A stretch of 64,000 nt of DNA from Candidatus Dormibacter sp. (GTDB taxonomy: Bacteria; Chloroflexota; Dormibacteria; Aeolococcales; Aeolococcaceae). Below, piece by piece: positions 55,341-64,000 of the stretch (positions are counted from its first letter, which is position 1; each line of letters starts with the position of its first letter). The stretch spans positions 55,718-119,717 of the forward strand of contig JBDTJX010000077.1 in the NCBI GenBank assembly GCA_039935655.1, read 5' to 3'. Below the pieces are notes generated by a model. It ran no database searches and was not told the origin of the DNA. It was given only the letters and a program-made list of their open reading frames with translations. The position numbers and the translations under genes were made by a program.

Positions 55341-58250
55341 CTACGGGATCAGGTGGATAGCCCCGATGTCCTCCGCCACGGTCATGGTCAGCTCCAGGGG
55401 CTCCGACCCATACGCCGGCCACTGGCTGCAGGCGCCGATCGGGAACCGGTAGGCCGTGGGCCCTGTGGGCATTGTCTTGAAGGAGATGGTGCGGTGCTCG
55501 CCGGGTGGCGAGGGACGGTCGTCGATGATCACCAGGCTGCTGGTGAAGCGCGCGGCGGCGTCGAGCTCGATCCATGAGTAGTCGTCCCAGCGATGGCCGG
55601 AGGGCAGCGTCAGCCGCAGCGATGCCGGCCCAGTGCGGGTTATCCCCACTGAGATCGGCGACGCCCCCGTCGGAGGTGGCGGCGGCTTCACCGATAGGAA
55701 GTTCGGCGCGTCGCCCCAGTCGCAGCCGAAACCGACGAAGGGCAGGTCGGTGGTGATCAGAGGGGTCGACAGCGGCAGGTGCAGAGACCTCGGGTCCGGC
55801 ACGTTGGCGGTGTCGAGCACGTAGATCGTCTGGCCGTGCACGTCGGCGAACGGGCGGTAATGGCTGAGGATGTACTGGCTGATGTCGTAGTGCCGCACCA
55901 TGGTGGGGATGTAGTCCCACCCGGGGATGCCCAGCTGGGTCTGGTTGTAGAGCACAAACAGCGGGTGATCGGCCTGCAACTGTGCGATCAGGTCCCGCTG
56001 GATGACCTGGCGCATGGCGATCGACACCTGGTAGTACGCCGTGCCGGGGCGGAAGTCCATGAGGTAGTAGAGGAATGCCGGCTCGTCGGTGAAGTCGAAC
56101 ACGTGGCCACCCGCGGGCAGGTAGGCGTGCAGGAAGGTGCTGACGTCGTTGAGCAGATTGATGTCCAGCGCAGTCGGCGTCGCGTACCCCAGCGCTGCGA
56201 TGCGCGGCTCGCTGCTCACCGTGGTGCGATAGCCCGCCGGCGCCGCCTTCACCGCCGGACTGATCGCAAACGGGAACAACCACACCAACACTGCGAAGAG
56301 TGCTGCAACCCCGAGCCCGCTACTCAGCCCCCGCACGCGCGCGAACAGCCGTACCAGGAGGGGACCGCCGACATCGGCGATCTCGCCGATAAGGATGATC
56401 AGCAGCGGCACGCACGTCGCGAAAGTCTCGTTGACATGAAGGTCGGCGCGGTCGAGGAATTTCGGGTAGTAGAGGAACTCCAGGATCGCCGCCGCGATCA
56501 GCATCCAGTCGAGAGTGGTCAGCCGGACCCGCAGCCAGAGCTTGGTCACCACCAGGAAGAAGCCGGCAAGCATCGCGACGACGGGCACGACGACCTCCAT
56601 CAGGTACTGCCCGGTCAGCGGCTGGTGCGGCAGTCCGCCGGTGAGGATGTGATCGGGGGCGAAGGCCGTGTAGTACTTGACGAAGTCGTCCAGGGCATGC
56701 TGGCTGAGCAGGATGACCAGAAGCACGGCTGCGACGGTGACTCCGCCCACCGCTGTCCACAGGGTTGTCGTGAACGCCGGGAGCCGGAGGTTGGCGCGCC
56801 GGCCGCCGGTGGCGTAGAGGTCGCGCGCGAGCACGGCGAATCCAACCGCGGCGATGCAGTACGCGGTCTCCGGGGTGATCACCGCCTCGATGGCCAGCGC
56901 CGCCCCCAGCGCGATGGCGAGCCACCGCCCGCGGCTCTCGAGAACGAACCACAACAGCACGAGAACCAGTGGCCAGGTGACGAAGCGCCAGAAGATGACT
57001 GCGTTGCCGAGGTCAGCGTGCAGCAGCAGGACCCCGAGAACGGGAACCAGCAGCAGCCACCCCTTGCCGACGACCCGGTATGCGAGGAAGTAGAAGCTGA
57101 GCAGACAGAGCGGCACCACCCAGAGCGTGTACCCGGATGCCGCTCCCCAATAGCTGTCCTGGATCGACGTGCTGGTCAGCAGCGGCTGGAACGCATCCTC
57201 GAGGATGCCGTGCGTGCTGATCCAGCCGCTCCATGGAAAGAGGCCTGACTGGACCAGCCGCAGCGTGGTCTGGCTCTGGCCGACCTCGAAAGCGTCGAAG
57301 TCGCCGAGTTGGCCGAACACAAACGCGAGTGCGACGAAGAGGAAGACCGGTACAGCCACCAGGAAGACGAGGCGCTGTTCGACACGCACGACTGCGGCCG
57401 CCTCACGGCCGGCACGCCGCAACGCCACCGCCGCAACGAGGACTGCCGCGACCAGAAGCACGACCCCGAGCGAGGTCGGCAGCCAGGCGTAGTGGTGCAC
57501 GGTGTGGTCGCTCAGCACCGTGACCTGGGTCGCCTGCGACGCGGCGATCAGCGCCGATAGGGTCAGGCATGCGCCGAACCCGTTGAAGCGACCCTGGTGC
57601 CTGCGCAGGGCATCCCAGCCATCCTGTTTTCGGTTGCTGCTCGCCAGCGCCGCCGACATGAGCACGACGACGAGCGTGTAGACGGCGGCGACGACGAGGA
57701 CAGTGCGCCACACGTTGGACGCAGGGGTGTTGCGCGCGATGGTCGCACCGAAGCCGAGGACGCCACCGACCAGCGCGATTCTCGCCCATGATGCGAGCAC
57801 AGCCATTGCGTCAACCGGCGTCGTTCCCGTCTCACCTCGGGCCGTCGCGGGGGTATCCACCGAGCTCCTCCGAGAGCGGTCAGCGAACGCGGGGAGGGGC
57901 ACATGTAGCCGCGCAAACACCCACAGCCCGAGAAGGCAGATGACCACGGTCGTCGCCGGGAAGACCACCACCGCCAGCTCGTACTGGGTGATGTACACAT
58001 AGGGGTTGAACGCCTGGAAGATGGGATAGCCGATGACGTCGGTGGCCACGTGGAGCGTCCTGTCGATGTGATGATCGAGGGTCCTGGCGCCGAACGCGGC
58101 GATGGCCACGGCAACCCCGATGAGCACGGCGAGCGGCAGCCCGCGCCCAAGCGCCGTCGCCCAGACGCGCAACCGCGGCGCTGGCAATCGCGGCCCCGGT
58201 TGAGCCTGACGTGAGTTCACACGAGTACCCGCGTGGATCGATTTCGGCAT
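55341..58250 (-). CDS. Large polytopic membrane protein, putative GT-C-type (polyprenyl-phosphate-sugar-dependent) glycosyltransferase
   Basis: 969 aa with about 20 TM helices across the first 650 aa, then a 300-aa C-terminal extracytoplasmic domain. This architecture is reminiscent of actinobacterial arabinosyl/mannosyl GT-C enzymes. Divergent from the GT2/heptose operon. Confidence 0.6.
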   Translation of the reverse strand: MPKSIHAGTRVNSRQAQPGPRLPAPRLRVWATALGRGLPLAVLIGVAVAIAAFGARTLDHHIDRTLHVATDVIGYPIFQAFNPYVYITQYELAVVVFPATTVVICLLGLWVFARLHVPLPAFADRSRRSSVDTPATARGETGTTPVDAMAVLASWARIALVGGVLGFGATIARNTPASNVWRTVLVVAAVYTLVVVLMSAALASSNRKQDGWDALRRHQGRFNGFGACLTLSALIAASQATQVTVLSDHTVHHYAWLPTSLGVVLLVAAVLVAAVALRRAGREAAAVVRVEQRLVFLVAVPVFLFVALAFVFGQLGDFDAFEVGQSQTTLRLVQSGLFPWSGWISTHGILEDAFQPLLTSTSIQDSYWGAASGYTLWVVPLCLLSFYFLAYRVVGKGWLLLVPVLGVLLLHADLGNAVIFWRFVTWPLVLVLLWFVLESRGRWLAIALGAALAIEAVITPETAYCIAAVGFAVLARDLYATGGRRANLRLPAFTTTLWTAVGGVTVAAVLLVILLSQHALDDFVKYYTAFAPDHILTGGLPHQPLTGQYLMEVVVPVVAMLAGFFLVVTKLWLRVRLTTLDWMLIAAAILEFLYYPKFLDRADLHVNETFATCVPLLIILIGEIADVGGPLLVRLFARVRGLSSGLGVAALFAVLVWLFPFAISPAVKAAPAGYRTTVSSEPRIAALGYATPTALDINLLNDVSTFLHAYLPAGGHVFDFTDEPAFLYYLMDFRPGTAYYQVSIAMRQVIQRDLIAQLQADHPLFVLYNQTQLGIPGWDYIPTMVRHYDISQYILSHYRPFADVHGQTIYVLDTANVPDPRSLHLPLSTPLITTDLPFVGFGCDWGDAPNFLSVKPPPPPTGASPISVGITRTGPASLRLTLPSGHRWDDYSWIELDAAARFTSSLVIIDDRPSPPGEHRTISFKTMPTGPTAYRFPIGACSQWPAYGSEPLELTMTVAEDIGAIHLIP

Positions 58251-58497
58251 GAAAGGGGGCGCGCCGCCCCAAGCAGGGCCACGGCGGTCCGCGCGCCGCC
58301 CTTTCGAGCGACATCCGTCCGTTGGCCGCTACAGTATTACCATTCCTCCGGCCACGGGTGGACCCCCGCAACGCCCCCCATCGCCCGGATCACCTGAGGG
58401 AGACTCGTCTTTGCCCGGATCGCCTCCAATCACCTCGGCTCTCGACGACATCGATGTGATCCACGTGTCGGGCGCTGACACCGGAGAGCGGACCGAG

Positions 58498-59718
58498 ATG
58501 CCGTCGATCAGCCTCCTCGTGCCGGTCGACGACATTGCCGACCCGGTGCTCTCGATCGTCATTCCCGCGATGAACGAAGAGATCACTGTCAGTGACTTCG
58601 TTGCGTGGTGCCGCGCCGGCCTCGAGGATGCCGGTGTCACCGGTGAGGTCCTCATCGTCGACAGCTCCACCGACCGCACGCCCGAGCTCGCGGTCGTCGC
58701 GGGCGCGCGCGTGCTCCGAGTCCCCGGACGCGGACTGGGCCGCGCCTACATCGACGCGCTTCCCTACATCCGCGGCCGCTGGGTGATCATGGGAGACGCC
58801 GACTGCACCTACGACTTCCGCCGGCTCTCACCCTTCACCGCACGCTTCGACGAGGGCTTCGAGTTCGTCATGGGATCGCGTTGGAAAGGCGCCATCGAGA
58901 AGGGCTCGATGCCTGCCCTGCACCAGTATCTTGGCACCCCGATCACAACGCTGATCCTCAACACGTTGTTCGGCAGCCGCTTCTCCGATATCCACTGCGG
59001 CATGCGTGGCATCACCCGCGACGCACTGGAGCGCATGCACCTGCAATCCCAGTCCTGGGAGTACGCGTCCGAGATGGTCCTCAAGTCGGTGCACATGCAC
59101 CTGCGGACAACCGAGGTTCCGGTGTCGTTCCTCAAGGATCGGCAGGGCCGTGTCAGCCATCACAAGCGGCTCGGCTGGTTCTCGCCGTTCCAGGCAGCCT
59201 GGATCAACCTGCGCGCCATGTTCATCTACGGGGCCGACTTCTTCCTGCTCAAACCAGGTTTGCTGCTCACGGCGCTGGGCCTGCTCATCGTCGTGCCCCT
59301 CACGTTGGGCCCGATCAGCCTCGGCCCGTTGGTGCTGTCGCTGTACTGGATGCTGTTCGGCCTGACCATGACGGTCCTCGGTCTGCAGAGCTTCTACATG
59401 GGATGCATCGTGCAGGTGCTGCACGATTACACGGGAAAGGCGACGCGTCGCTGGCTGTCCGTGTTCCGCTACACACGGACGATGCTCATCGCCGGGGCAA
59501 TGTTCATCGTCGGAATCGCGCTGGCGGTGGGACTCATCATCGACTACGTCGGCTCCGGGTTGCGCCTCCCCCTGAGCCACACCCATCAGATCTACTTCGC
59601 GATCACCGGCCTTCTCCTGGTGATCACCAGCTTCATGACCTTCGCCGCCACTCTCCTCATCCACGCCGCCGCGCTGCGTGGTCCCCGCGCCGGCGTCGCC
59701 GAAGACGAGCTGGCATGA
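58498..59718 (+). CDS. GT2 family polyprenyl-phosphate sugar synthase (DPM1/GtrB-like) with a C-terminal 4-TM anchor
   Basis: LSIVIPAMNEE, a DADCTYD DxD motif, and a GtrB-like C-terminal membrane domain. ATG 58498 follows GGAGAG. The upstream 83 codons of the ORF are Pro/Arg-rich junk. Confidence 0.78.
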   Translation: MPSISLLVPVDDIADPVLSIVIPAMNEEITVSDFVAWCRAGLEDAGVTGEVLIVDSSTDRTPELAVVAGARVLRVPGRGLGRAYIDALPYIRGRWVIMGDADCTYDFRRLSPFTARFDEGFEFVMGSRWKGAIEKGSMPALHQYLGTPITTLILNTLFGSRFSDIHCGMRGITRDALERMHLQSQSWEYASEMVLKSVHMHLRTTEVPVSFLKDRQGRVSHHKRLGWFSPFQAAWINLRAMFIYGADFFLLKPGLLLTALGLLIVVPLTLGPISLGPLVLSLYWMLFGLTMTVLGLQSFYMGCIVQVLHDYTGKATRRWLSVFRYTRTMLIAGAMFIVGIALAVGLIIDYVGSGLRLPLSHTHQIYFAITGLLLVITSFMTFAATLLIHAAALRGPRAGVAEDELA

Positions 59719-60326
59719 GCAGCTTCGCCGACCAGTTCATCGGCGAGTCCATCGCCATCCTGCAGTCGATCGACCGGGCCGAGGTTGAGAAGATGGCGAT
59801 TGGGCTGGGAGCCGCCCGCGCGCGCGGTGGCCGGCTGTTCATCCTCGGCGTCGGCGGTTCGGCCGGCCACGCCAGCCATGCGGTCAACGACTTCCGGAAG
59901 ATCTGCGAGTTCGAGGCCTACACGCCGACCGACAACGTCTCCGAGCTCACCGCCCGCATCAACGACGATGGCTGGGACAGCAGCTTCGTTGAGTGGCTCA
60001 AGGGCTCGCGGCTGAATGAACGCGATGCCGTTCTCGTCTTCTCCGTCGGCGGCGGGAACCGCCAGCGCAACGTGTCCGTCAACCTCGTCACCGCTCTCGA
60101 GCTGGCGCGCGAGCGACGCGCGGCGATCTACGGGGTCGTCGGCCGCGACGGTGGCTTCACGCGCGAGGTGGCTGACGCGTGCGTGGTGATCCCCCCGGCC
60201 TATCCCGACCATGTCACCCCGCACACCGAGGGCCTCTGCGCCGTCGTCTGGCACCTGCTCGTCTCTCACCCGGCGCTCATGGTGGCTGCTACCAAGTGGG
60301 AGTCGGTGACCCACGCTCGCGCATGA
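59715..60326 (+). CDS. SIS-domain sedoheptulose-7-phosphate isomerase (GmhA-like)
   Basis: LFILGVGGSAGHASH and VFSVGGGN SIS motifs. Start overlaps the GT2 stop (ATGA). Confidence 0.78.
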   Translation: MSSFADQFIGESIAILQSIDRAEVEKMAIGLGAARARGGRLFILGVGGSAGHASHAVNDFRKICEFEAYTPTDNVSELTARINDDGWDSSFVEWLKGSRLNERDAVLVFSVGGGNRQRNVSVNLVTALELARERRAAIYGVVGRDGGFTREVADACVVIPPAYPDHVTPHTEGLCAVVWHLLVSHPALMVAATKWESVTHARA

Positions 60327-61309
60327 CGGAGGCGTCTCTGCGGCGGGTGCTGATCGCCGGCGGTGCCGGCTTCATCGGCAGCTACTTCGTTGACCGCCTG
60401 CTCGGCGACCAGGAGACGAGCCGGGTCACGGTGTACGACAACTTCACGTCCGGGCGCGAGTGGCACCTCGCGCCACACGCGGCCGACGACCGGTTGACGG
60501 TGGTGCGCGCCGACATCGCCGACCGCGACGCCCTGGCCGCGGCGATGCGCGGTCACGACACGGTCATCCACCTCGCCTCCAACCCCGACATCGCCAAGGC
60601 GATGACCGAACCGACTGTGGACTTCTACGAGGGCACCGTTCTCACCCACGACGTCGTCGAGGCGATGCGCGTGGCCGGCGTCGGGATGATCCTCTATGCG
60701 TCGGGAAGCGGCGTGTACGGCGACATCGGGGACACCGAGGGTCATGAGGACATGGGGCCGCTCATCCCGGCGTCGACGTACGGTGCGAGCAAGCTCGCCG
60801 GCGAGGCACTGATCGCCTCGTACTGCTTCATGTTCGGGCTTCGCGGCCGCGTCTTCAGGTTTGGCAACGTGGTCGGTCCGCGCCAGACACACGGCGTGGG
60901 CTTCGACTTCGTGCGCCGCCTGCTTGCCGATCCACGGCGCCTGCGCATCCTCGGGGACGGCACGCAAAGCAAGTCGTACGTCGACGTCGAGGACGTGGTC
61001 AGTGCGGTGCTGCTCGCCGCCGTCGACGAGTCGCATCCCTTCCGCGCCTACAACGTGGCCACCGGCGATTACATCACCGTGACCGAGATCGCCGACCTGG
61101 CCGTGGATGTCGTCGGGGGCGCCGGGGGTGACACCGAGTACGAGTACACCGGTGGCAGCCGCGGCTGGAAGGGCGATGTACCGATCGTGCGGCTGGACAC
61201 CTCACGTATCCGCGCGCTGGGATGGAGCAACGCGCGCACCTCCCGGCAGGCTCTGGACGAGTCGATGCGGGCGATGCTGCCGCTGGCGCGGTCGGGGGCA
61301 CTCGGGTGA
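60323..61309 (+). CDS. NAD-dependent sugar-nucleotide epimerase/dehydratase
   Basis: VLIAGGAGFIGS Rossmann motif and YGASK catalytic motif. Start overlaps the gmhA-like stop (ATGA). Confidence 0.85.
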   Translation: MTEASLRRVLIAGGAGFIGSYFVDRLLGDQETSRVTVYDNFTSGREWHLAPHAADDRLTVVRADIADRDALAAAMRGHDTVIHLASNPDIAKAMTEPTVDFYEGTVLTHDVVEAMRVAGVGMILYASGSGVYGDIGDTEGHEDMGPLIPASTYGASKLAGEALIASYCFMFGLRGRVFRFGNVVGPRQTHGVGFDFVRRLLADPRRLRILGDGTQSKSYVDVEDVVSAVLLAAVDESHPFRAYNVATGDYITVTEIADLAVDVVGGAGGDTEYEYTGGSRGWKGDVPIVRLDTSRIRALGWSNARTSRQALDESMRAMLPLARSGALG

Positions 61310-62589
61310 ACGCCGGGGTGGCGGCGGTCTTCCTCGACCGCGACGGCGTCCTCGTGGAGGGCACCGAGGTGGACGGCGTGCCGACGCCGGTGTCCCGTGG
61401 TGGGCTCGAGCTCAGGCCCGGCGTGGAGGTGGCGTGTCGTCAGTTGCGCGCCGCCGGCCTGCCGCTGGTCTGTGTGACCAACCAGCCCGACATCGCCCGT
61501 GGCACGGTGACCATGGAGTCGGTGCGAGCGGCCAACGCGGAATTGCAGGCGCGGCTCAGCCTCGATGCCGTCATGGTCTGTCCCCACGACGACGCCGATG
61601 AGTGCGACTGCCGCAAACCGCGTCCCGGTCTCCTGCTGTCGGCTGCGAACCTTCTCGGTATCGACCCCAAGCGCAGCGTCATGGTCGGTGACCGCTGGCG
61701 CGATGTCGAGGCAGGCCGCCGTGCCGGCTGCGCGACCATCTTCATCGACAACGGATACCATGAGCGACGCCCGGATCACCCCGACGTGACAGCCCGCGGG
61801 CTCGATGAGGTGGTCCCGCAAATTCTGAGGATGACCATGCAAAAAGCCGCCGTCGATCGCGACGCAGCCGATGCCGTCAACGCGGCCGACCTCACCGTCG
61901 AGATCTTTGCGGACGGCGCCGACCTCGCATCCATCGTCGGGCTGGCCACCAACCCGCTGATCAAAGGCTTCACCACCAACCCCACGCTGATGCGCGCAGC
62001 GGGGGTCACCGACTACGACCGCTTCGCCCGGGAGGTGGTCGCGGCGGTGCCGACGATGCCGGTGTCGTTCGAGGTGTTCGCCGATGACTTCGATGGCATG
62101 GAACGCCAGGCACGGCGCATTGCCGAGTGGGGCGACAACGTCTACGCGAAGATCCCGGTCACCGATACCAAGGGCACGCCCACCCGTGGCGTGATCAGCG
62201 CGCTGAGTGAGACGGGCGTACAGCTCAACGTCACGGCGCTGATGACCGTCGAGCAGGTGAGCTGGGTCACCGAGGCGCTCGCGGGCGGGCCGCCCAGCTT
62301 CATCTCGGTGTTTGCGGGCCGGGTCGCCGACACCGGCCGCGACCCCATCCCGATCATGGTCGACAGCCTCGCGGTCATGGCGGCGCATCCCAACCTCAAG
62401 CTGATCTGGGCAAGCCCACGCGAGACCCTCAACATCGTGCAGGCCGACCAGATCGGCTGCCACGTCATCACCGTCACCCACGACCTTCTCAAGAAGCTGT
62501 CGATCCTCGGGACGGATCTCGACGAGTACTCGCTGGACACAGTGCGCATGTTCCATCGCGACGCCACCACCGCAGGGCTGGCGCTGTGA
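61306..62589 (+). CDS. Bifunctional fusion: D,D-heptose-1,7-bisphosphate phosphatase (GmhB, HAD) plus Fsa/TalC-type transaldolase
   Basis: GTG start overlaps the upstream stop (GTGA). N-terminal AVFLDRDGVL (HAD motif I) and CPHDDADECDCRKPRPGLL (GmhB zinc/motif III). C-terminal half has GFTTNPTLM, the Schiff-base lysine context NVYAKIPVT, and IWASPR, matching Fsa/transaldolase. There is no in-frame stop between the two halves. Confidence 0.75.
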   Translation: MNAGVAAVFLDRDGVLVEGTEVDGVPTPVSRGGLELRPGVEVACRQLRAAGLPLVCVTNQPDIARGTVTMESVRAANAELQARLSLDAVMVCPHDDADECDCRKPRPGLLLSAANLLGIDPKRSVMVGDRWRDVEAGRRAGCATIFIDNGYHERRPDHPDVTARGLDEVVPQILRMTMQKAAVDRDAADAVNAADLTVEIFADGADLASIVGLATNPLIKGFTTNPTLMRAAGVTDYDRFAREVVAAVPTMPVSFEVFADDFDGMERQARRIAEWGDNVYAKIPVTDTKGTPTRGVISALSETGVQLNVTALMTVEQVSWVTEALAGGPPSFISVFAGRVADTGRDPIPIMVDSLAVMAAHPNLKLIWASPRETLNIVQADQIGCHVITVTHDLLKKLSILGTDLDEYSLDTVRMFHRDATTAGLAL

Positions 62590-63380
62590 CAACCGCCGAC
62601 AACTCCGCACGCGATGACTGGGACAGTCACTGGCGCCACTACGCCGAGACCGCGGAGGACAACCCGGCCGAGATCATGCGATCGCAACTGGTCAGACGGT
62701 TCCTCAACACGCGCTCGCGCAAGCGCGTGGTGGACATCGGCAGCGGACAGGGCGACCTCGCCGCGATGCTGATGCGCGACCATGCCGACGCTCAGGTGCT
62801 CGGACTGGAGCTCAGCGCCGAGGGAGTCGCGATCGCCAAAGCCAAGGTCCCGTCGGCCACGTTCGTGCAGCGCGATCTTTTGGTCGACTCGCCCGTTCCC
62901 ACCGAGTTCGCCGGTTTCGGTGAAGCCGCCGTCTGCTCCGAGGTGCTCGAGCACGTCGACGACCCGGCGCGGGTGTTGCGCAACGCGCGGCCGTTCCTGT
63001 CTCCCGGATGCCGGGTGGTCATCACCGTGCCAGGTGGGCCCATGTCGGCCTTCGATCGTCACATCGGCCACCGCCGTCATCACACCCCGAGCTCGCTGCA
63101 CGCCGTCATCGACGCCGCGGGCCTCGACACCGTGGCGGTGTTCCGCTCCGGGTTCCCGTTCTTCAACCTGTACCGCATGACGGTCATCCTGCGCGGCAGC
63201 AAGCTCATCGACGACGTCTCAGCGCAGGAGCGGGGCGCTGGCGCGTCGTCCGGTGTGGCGGCGCTGGTCATGCGCATATTCCGCACCCTGTTCCGCTTCA
63301 ACCTCACGCGCAGCCCATGGGGATGGCAGATCGTGGGGATCGCCCGCGTCCCGACGGCGGGCACTGCCGGGCGCGTCTGA
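62586..63380 (+). CDS. Class I SAM-dependent methyltransferase
   Basis: VVDIGSGQGDL motif I and an acidic motif II (LGLELS). GTG start overlaps the upstream stop (GTGA). Confidence 0.78.
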   Translation: MTTADNSARDDWDSHWRHYAETAEDNPAEIMRSQLVRRFLNTRSRKRVVDIGSGQGDLAAMLMRDHADAQVLGLELSAEGVAIAKAKVPSATFVQRDLLVDSPVPTEFAGFGEAAVCSEVLEHVDDPARVLRNARPFLSPGCRVVITVPGGPMSAFDRHIGHRRHHTPSSLHAVIDAAGLDTVAVFRSGFPFFNLYRMTVILRGSKLIDDVSAQERGAGASSGVAALVMRIFRTLFRFNLTRSPWGWQIVGIARVPTAGTAGRV

Positions 63381-63384
63381 CACC

Positions 63385-64000
63385 GTGCTGATCACGCGCA
63401 CGCCGTTGCGCATCTCGCTCGGAGGTGGCGGCACAGATCTGCCGTCGTACTACCGCGAGCACGGCGGGGTGGTCGTGTCGGCCGCGATCGACAAGTACAT
63501 CTTCATCGCGGTCAACCGCACATTCACCAACGACTACTTCATCAAGTATTCGGAGCTGGAGAGGACGGGGTCGGTCGCCGAGATCAAACATCCCCTGGTG
63601 CGCGAGGCGCTCCAGCTGCACGACGTCGGTCCGGGCCTCGAGCTGGTCAGCCTCGCCGACATCCCTGCGGGCACAGGGCTGGGTTCGTCGGGCGCGTTCA
63701 CCGTCGGCTTGCTCCGGGCCCTGTACGGGTTCAAGCGTGAGCACGTGTCCGCCAACGCGCTCGCCGAGCAGGCGTGCCACATCGAGATCGATCTGCTCGG
63801 CCGGTCGGTGGGCAAGCAGGACCAGTACATCGCTGCGTTCGGCGGCATCACCTGCTTCGAGTTCTGCACCGACGGGCGCGTGCACGTCGCACCCCTGTCG
63901 ATCTCTCAGGACACCCTTCACGACCTCGAGGAACACCTCCTGCTCTTTTTCACGGGGTATTCCCGCGACGCCGACGTGATGCTTGCCGACCAGAGGAAGA
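63385..64000 (+). CDS. GHMP-family D-glycero-alpha-D-manno-heptose-7-phosphate kinase (HddA-like), 3' end outside the window
   Basis: GTG start 5 nt after the methyltransferase stop. N-terminal VLITRTPLRISLGGGGTD and the GHMP ATP-binding motif PAGTGLGSSGA. Confidence 0.8.
   Translation, partial: MLITRTPLRISLGGGGTDLPSYYREHGGVVVSAAIDKYIFIAVNRTFTNDYFIKYSELERTGSVAEIKHPLVREALQLHDVGPGLELVSLADIPAGTGLGSSGAFTVGLLRALYGFKREHVSANALAEQACHIEIDLLGRSVGKQDQYIAAFGGITCFEFCTDGRVHVAPLSISQDTLHDLEEHLLLFFTGYSRDADVMLADQRK

Noticed and set aside
55237-57248. ORFs 55237..56283 (-) and 55779..57248 (+) inside the GT-C-like gene
   Set aside because: The first is an alternative frame and the second is antisense to a protein with about 20 coherent TM helices. 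Their translations are His/Arg/Pro/Gly-rich.
1-64000. CRISPR arrays, insertion sequences, integrases, phage genes
   Set aside because: No direct-repeat/spacer arrays, transposase or recombinase motifs, or terminal inverted repeats were seen. The only tandem repeat is the in-frame KA-rich coding repeat.

Overview
This is a high-GC (about 70%) bacterial chromosomal window, Actinomycetota-like in gene content and codon usage, and almost fully coding. Every reported gene has strongly GC-biased third codon positions. Most opposite-strand and out-of-frame ORFs are Arg/Gly/Pro-rich GC artifacts. Housekeeping genes found: TldD/PmbA protease (5' partial), thiolase, B12-dependent methionine synthase metH, infA, glutamate dehydrogenase, a translationally coupled guaB3-guaA-purD-purE-ridA operon, acyl-CoA synthetase, and PPK2. 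Accessory and envelope content: (i) two c-di-GMP signalling proteins (a sensor GGDEF, and a PAS-GGDEF-EAL); (ii) a Lys/Ala-rich histone H1-like repeat protein; (iii) an operon pairing a pyruvate-carboxylase-B-like carboxyltransferase+BCCP protein, in which all canonical metal/catalytic residues of the carboxyltransferase domain are substituted, with an intact biotin carboxylase and a methyltransferase-like protein; (iv) a DUF3494 ice-binding-like secreted protein with a sortase-like C-terminal signal; (v) a Tad/Ssd-like secretion ATPase locus (CpaB-like, degenerate ParA, CpaF/TadA, TadB, TadC, a second CpaE-like gene that looks frameshifted), with no pilin found; (vi) a large GT-C-like membrane protein divergent from a tightly overlapping operon of a GT2 polyprenyl-phosphate glycosyltransferase, GmhA, an epimerase/dehydratase, a GmhB-transaldolase fusion, a SAM methyltransferase and HddA kinase (3' partial). 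That operon is consistent with a lipid-linked modified-heptose glycosylation system. Several apparent pseudogenes or gene remnants are present (a frameshifted secreted-protein fragment and a truncated GNAT gene). An 860-bp gene-poor stretch, a 51-aa membrane ORF absent from the ORF track, GC-rich hairpin terminators and palindromic operator candidates are also noted. No rRNA, tRNA, CRISPR array, transposase or integrase was recognised.
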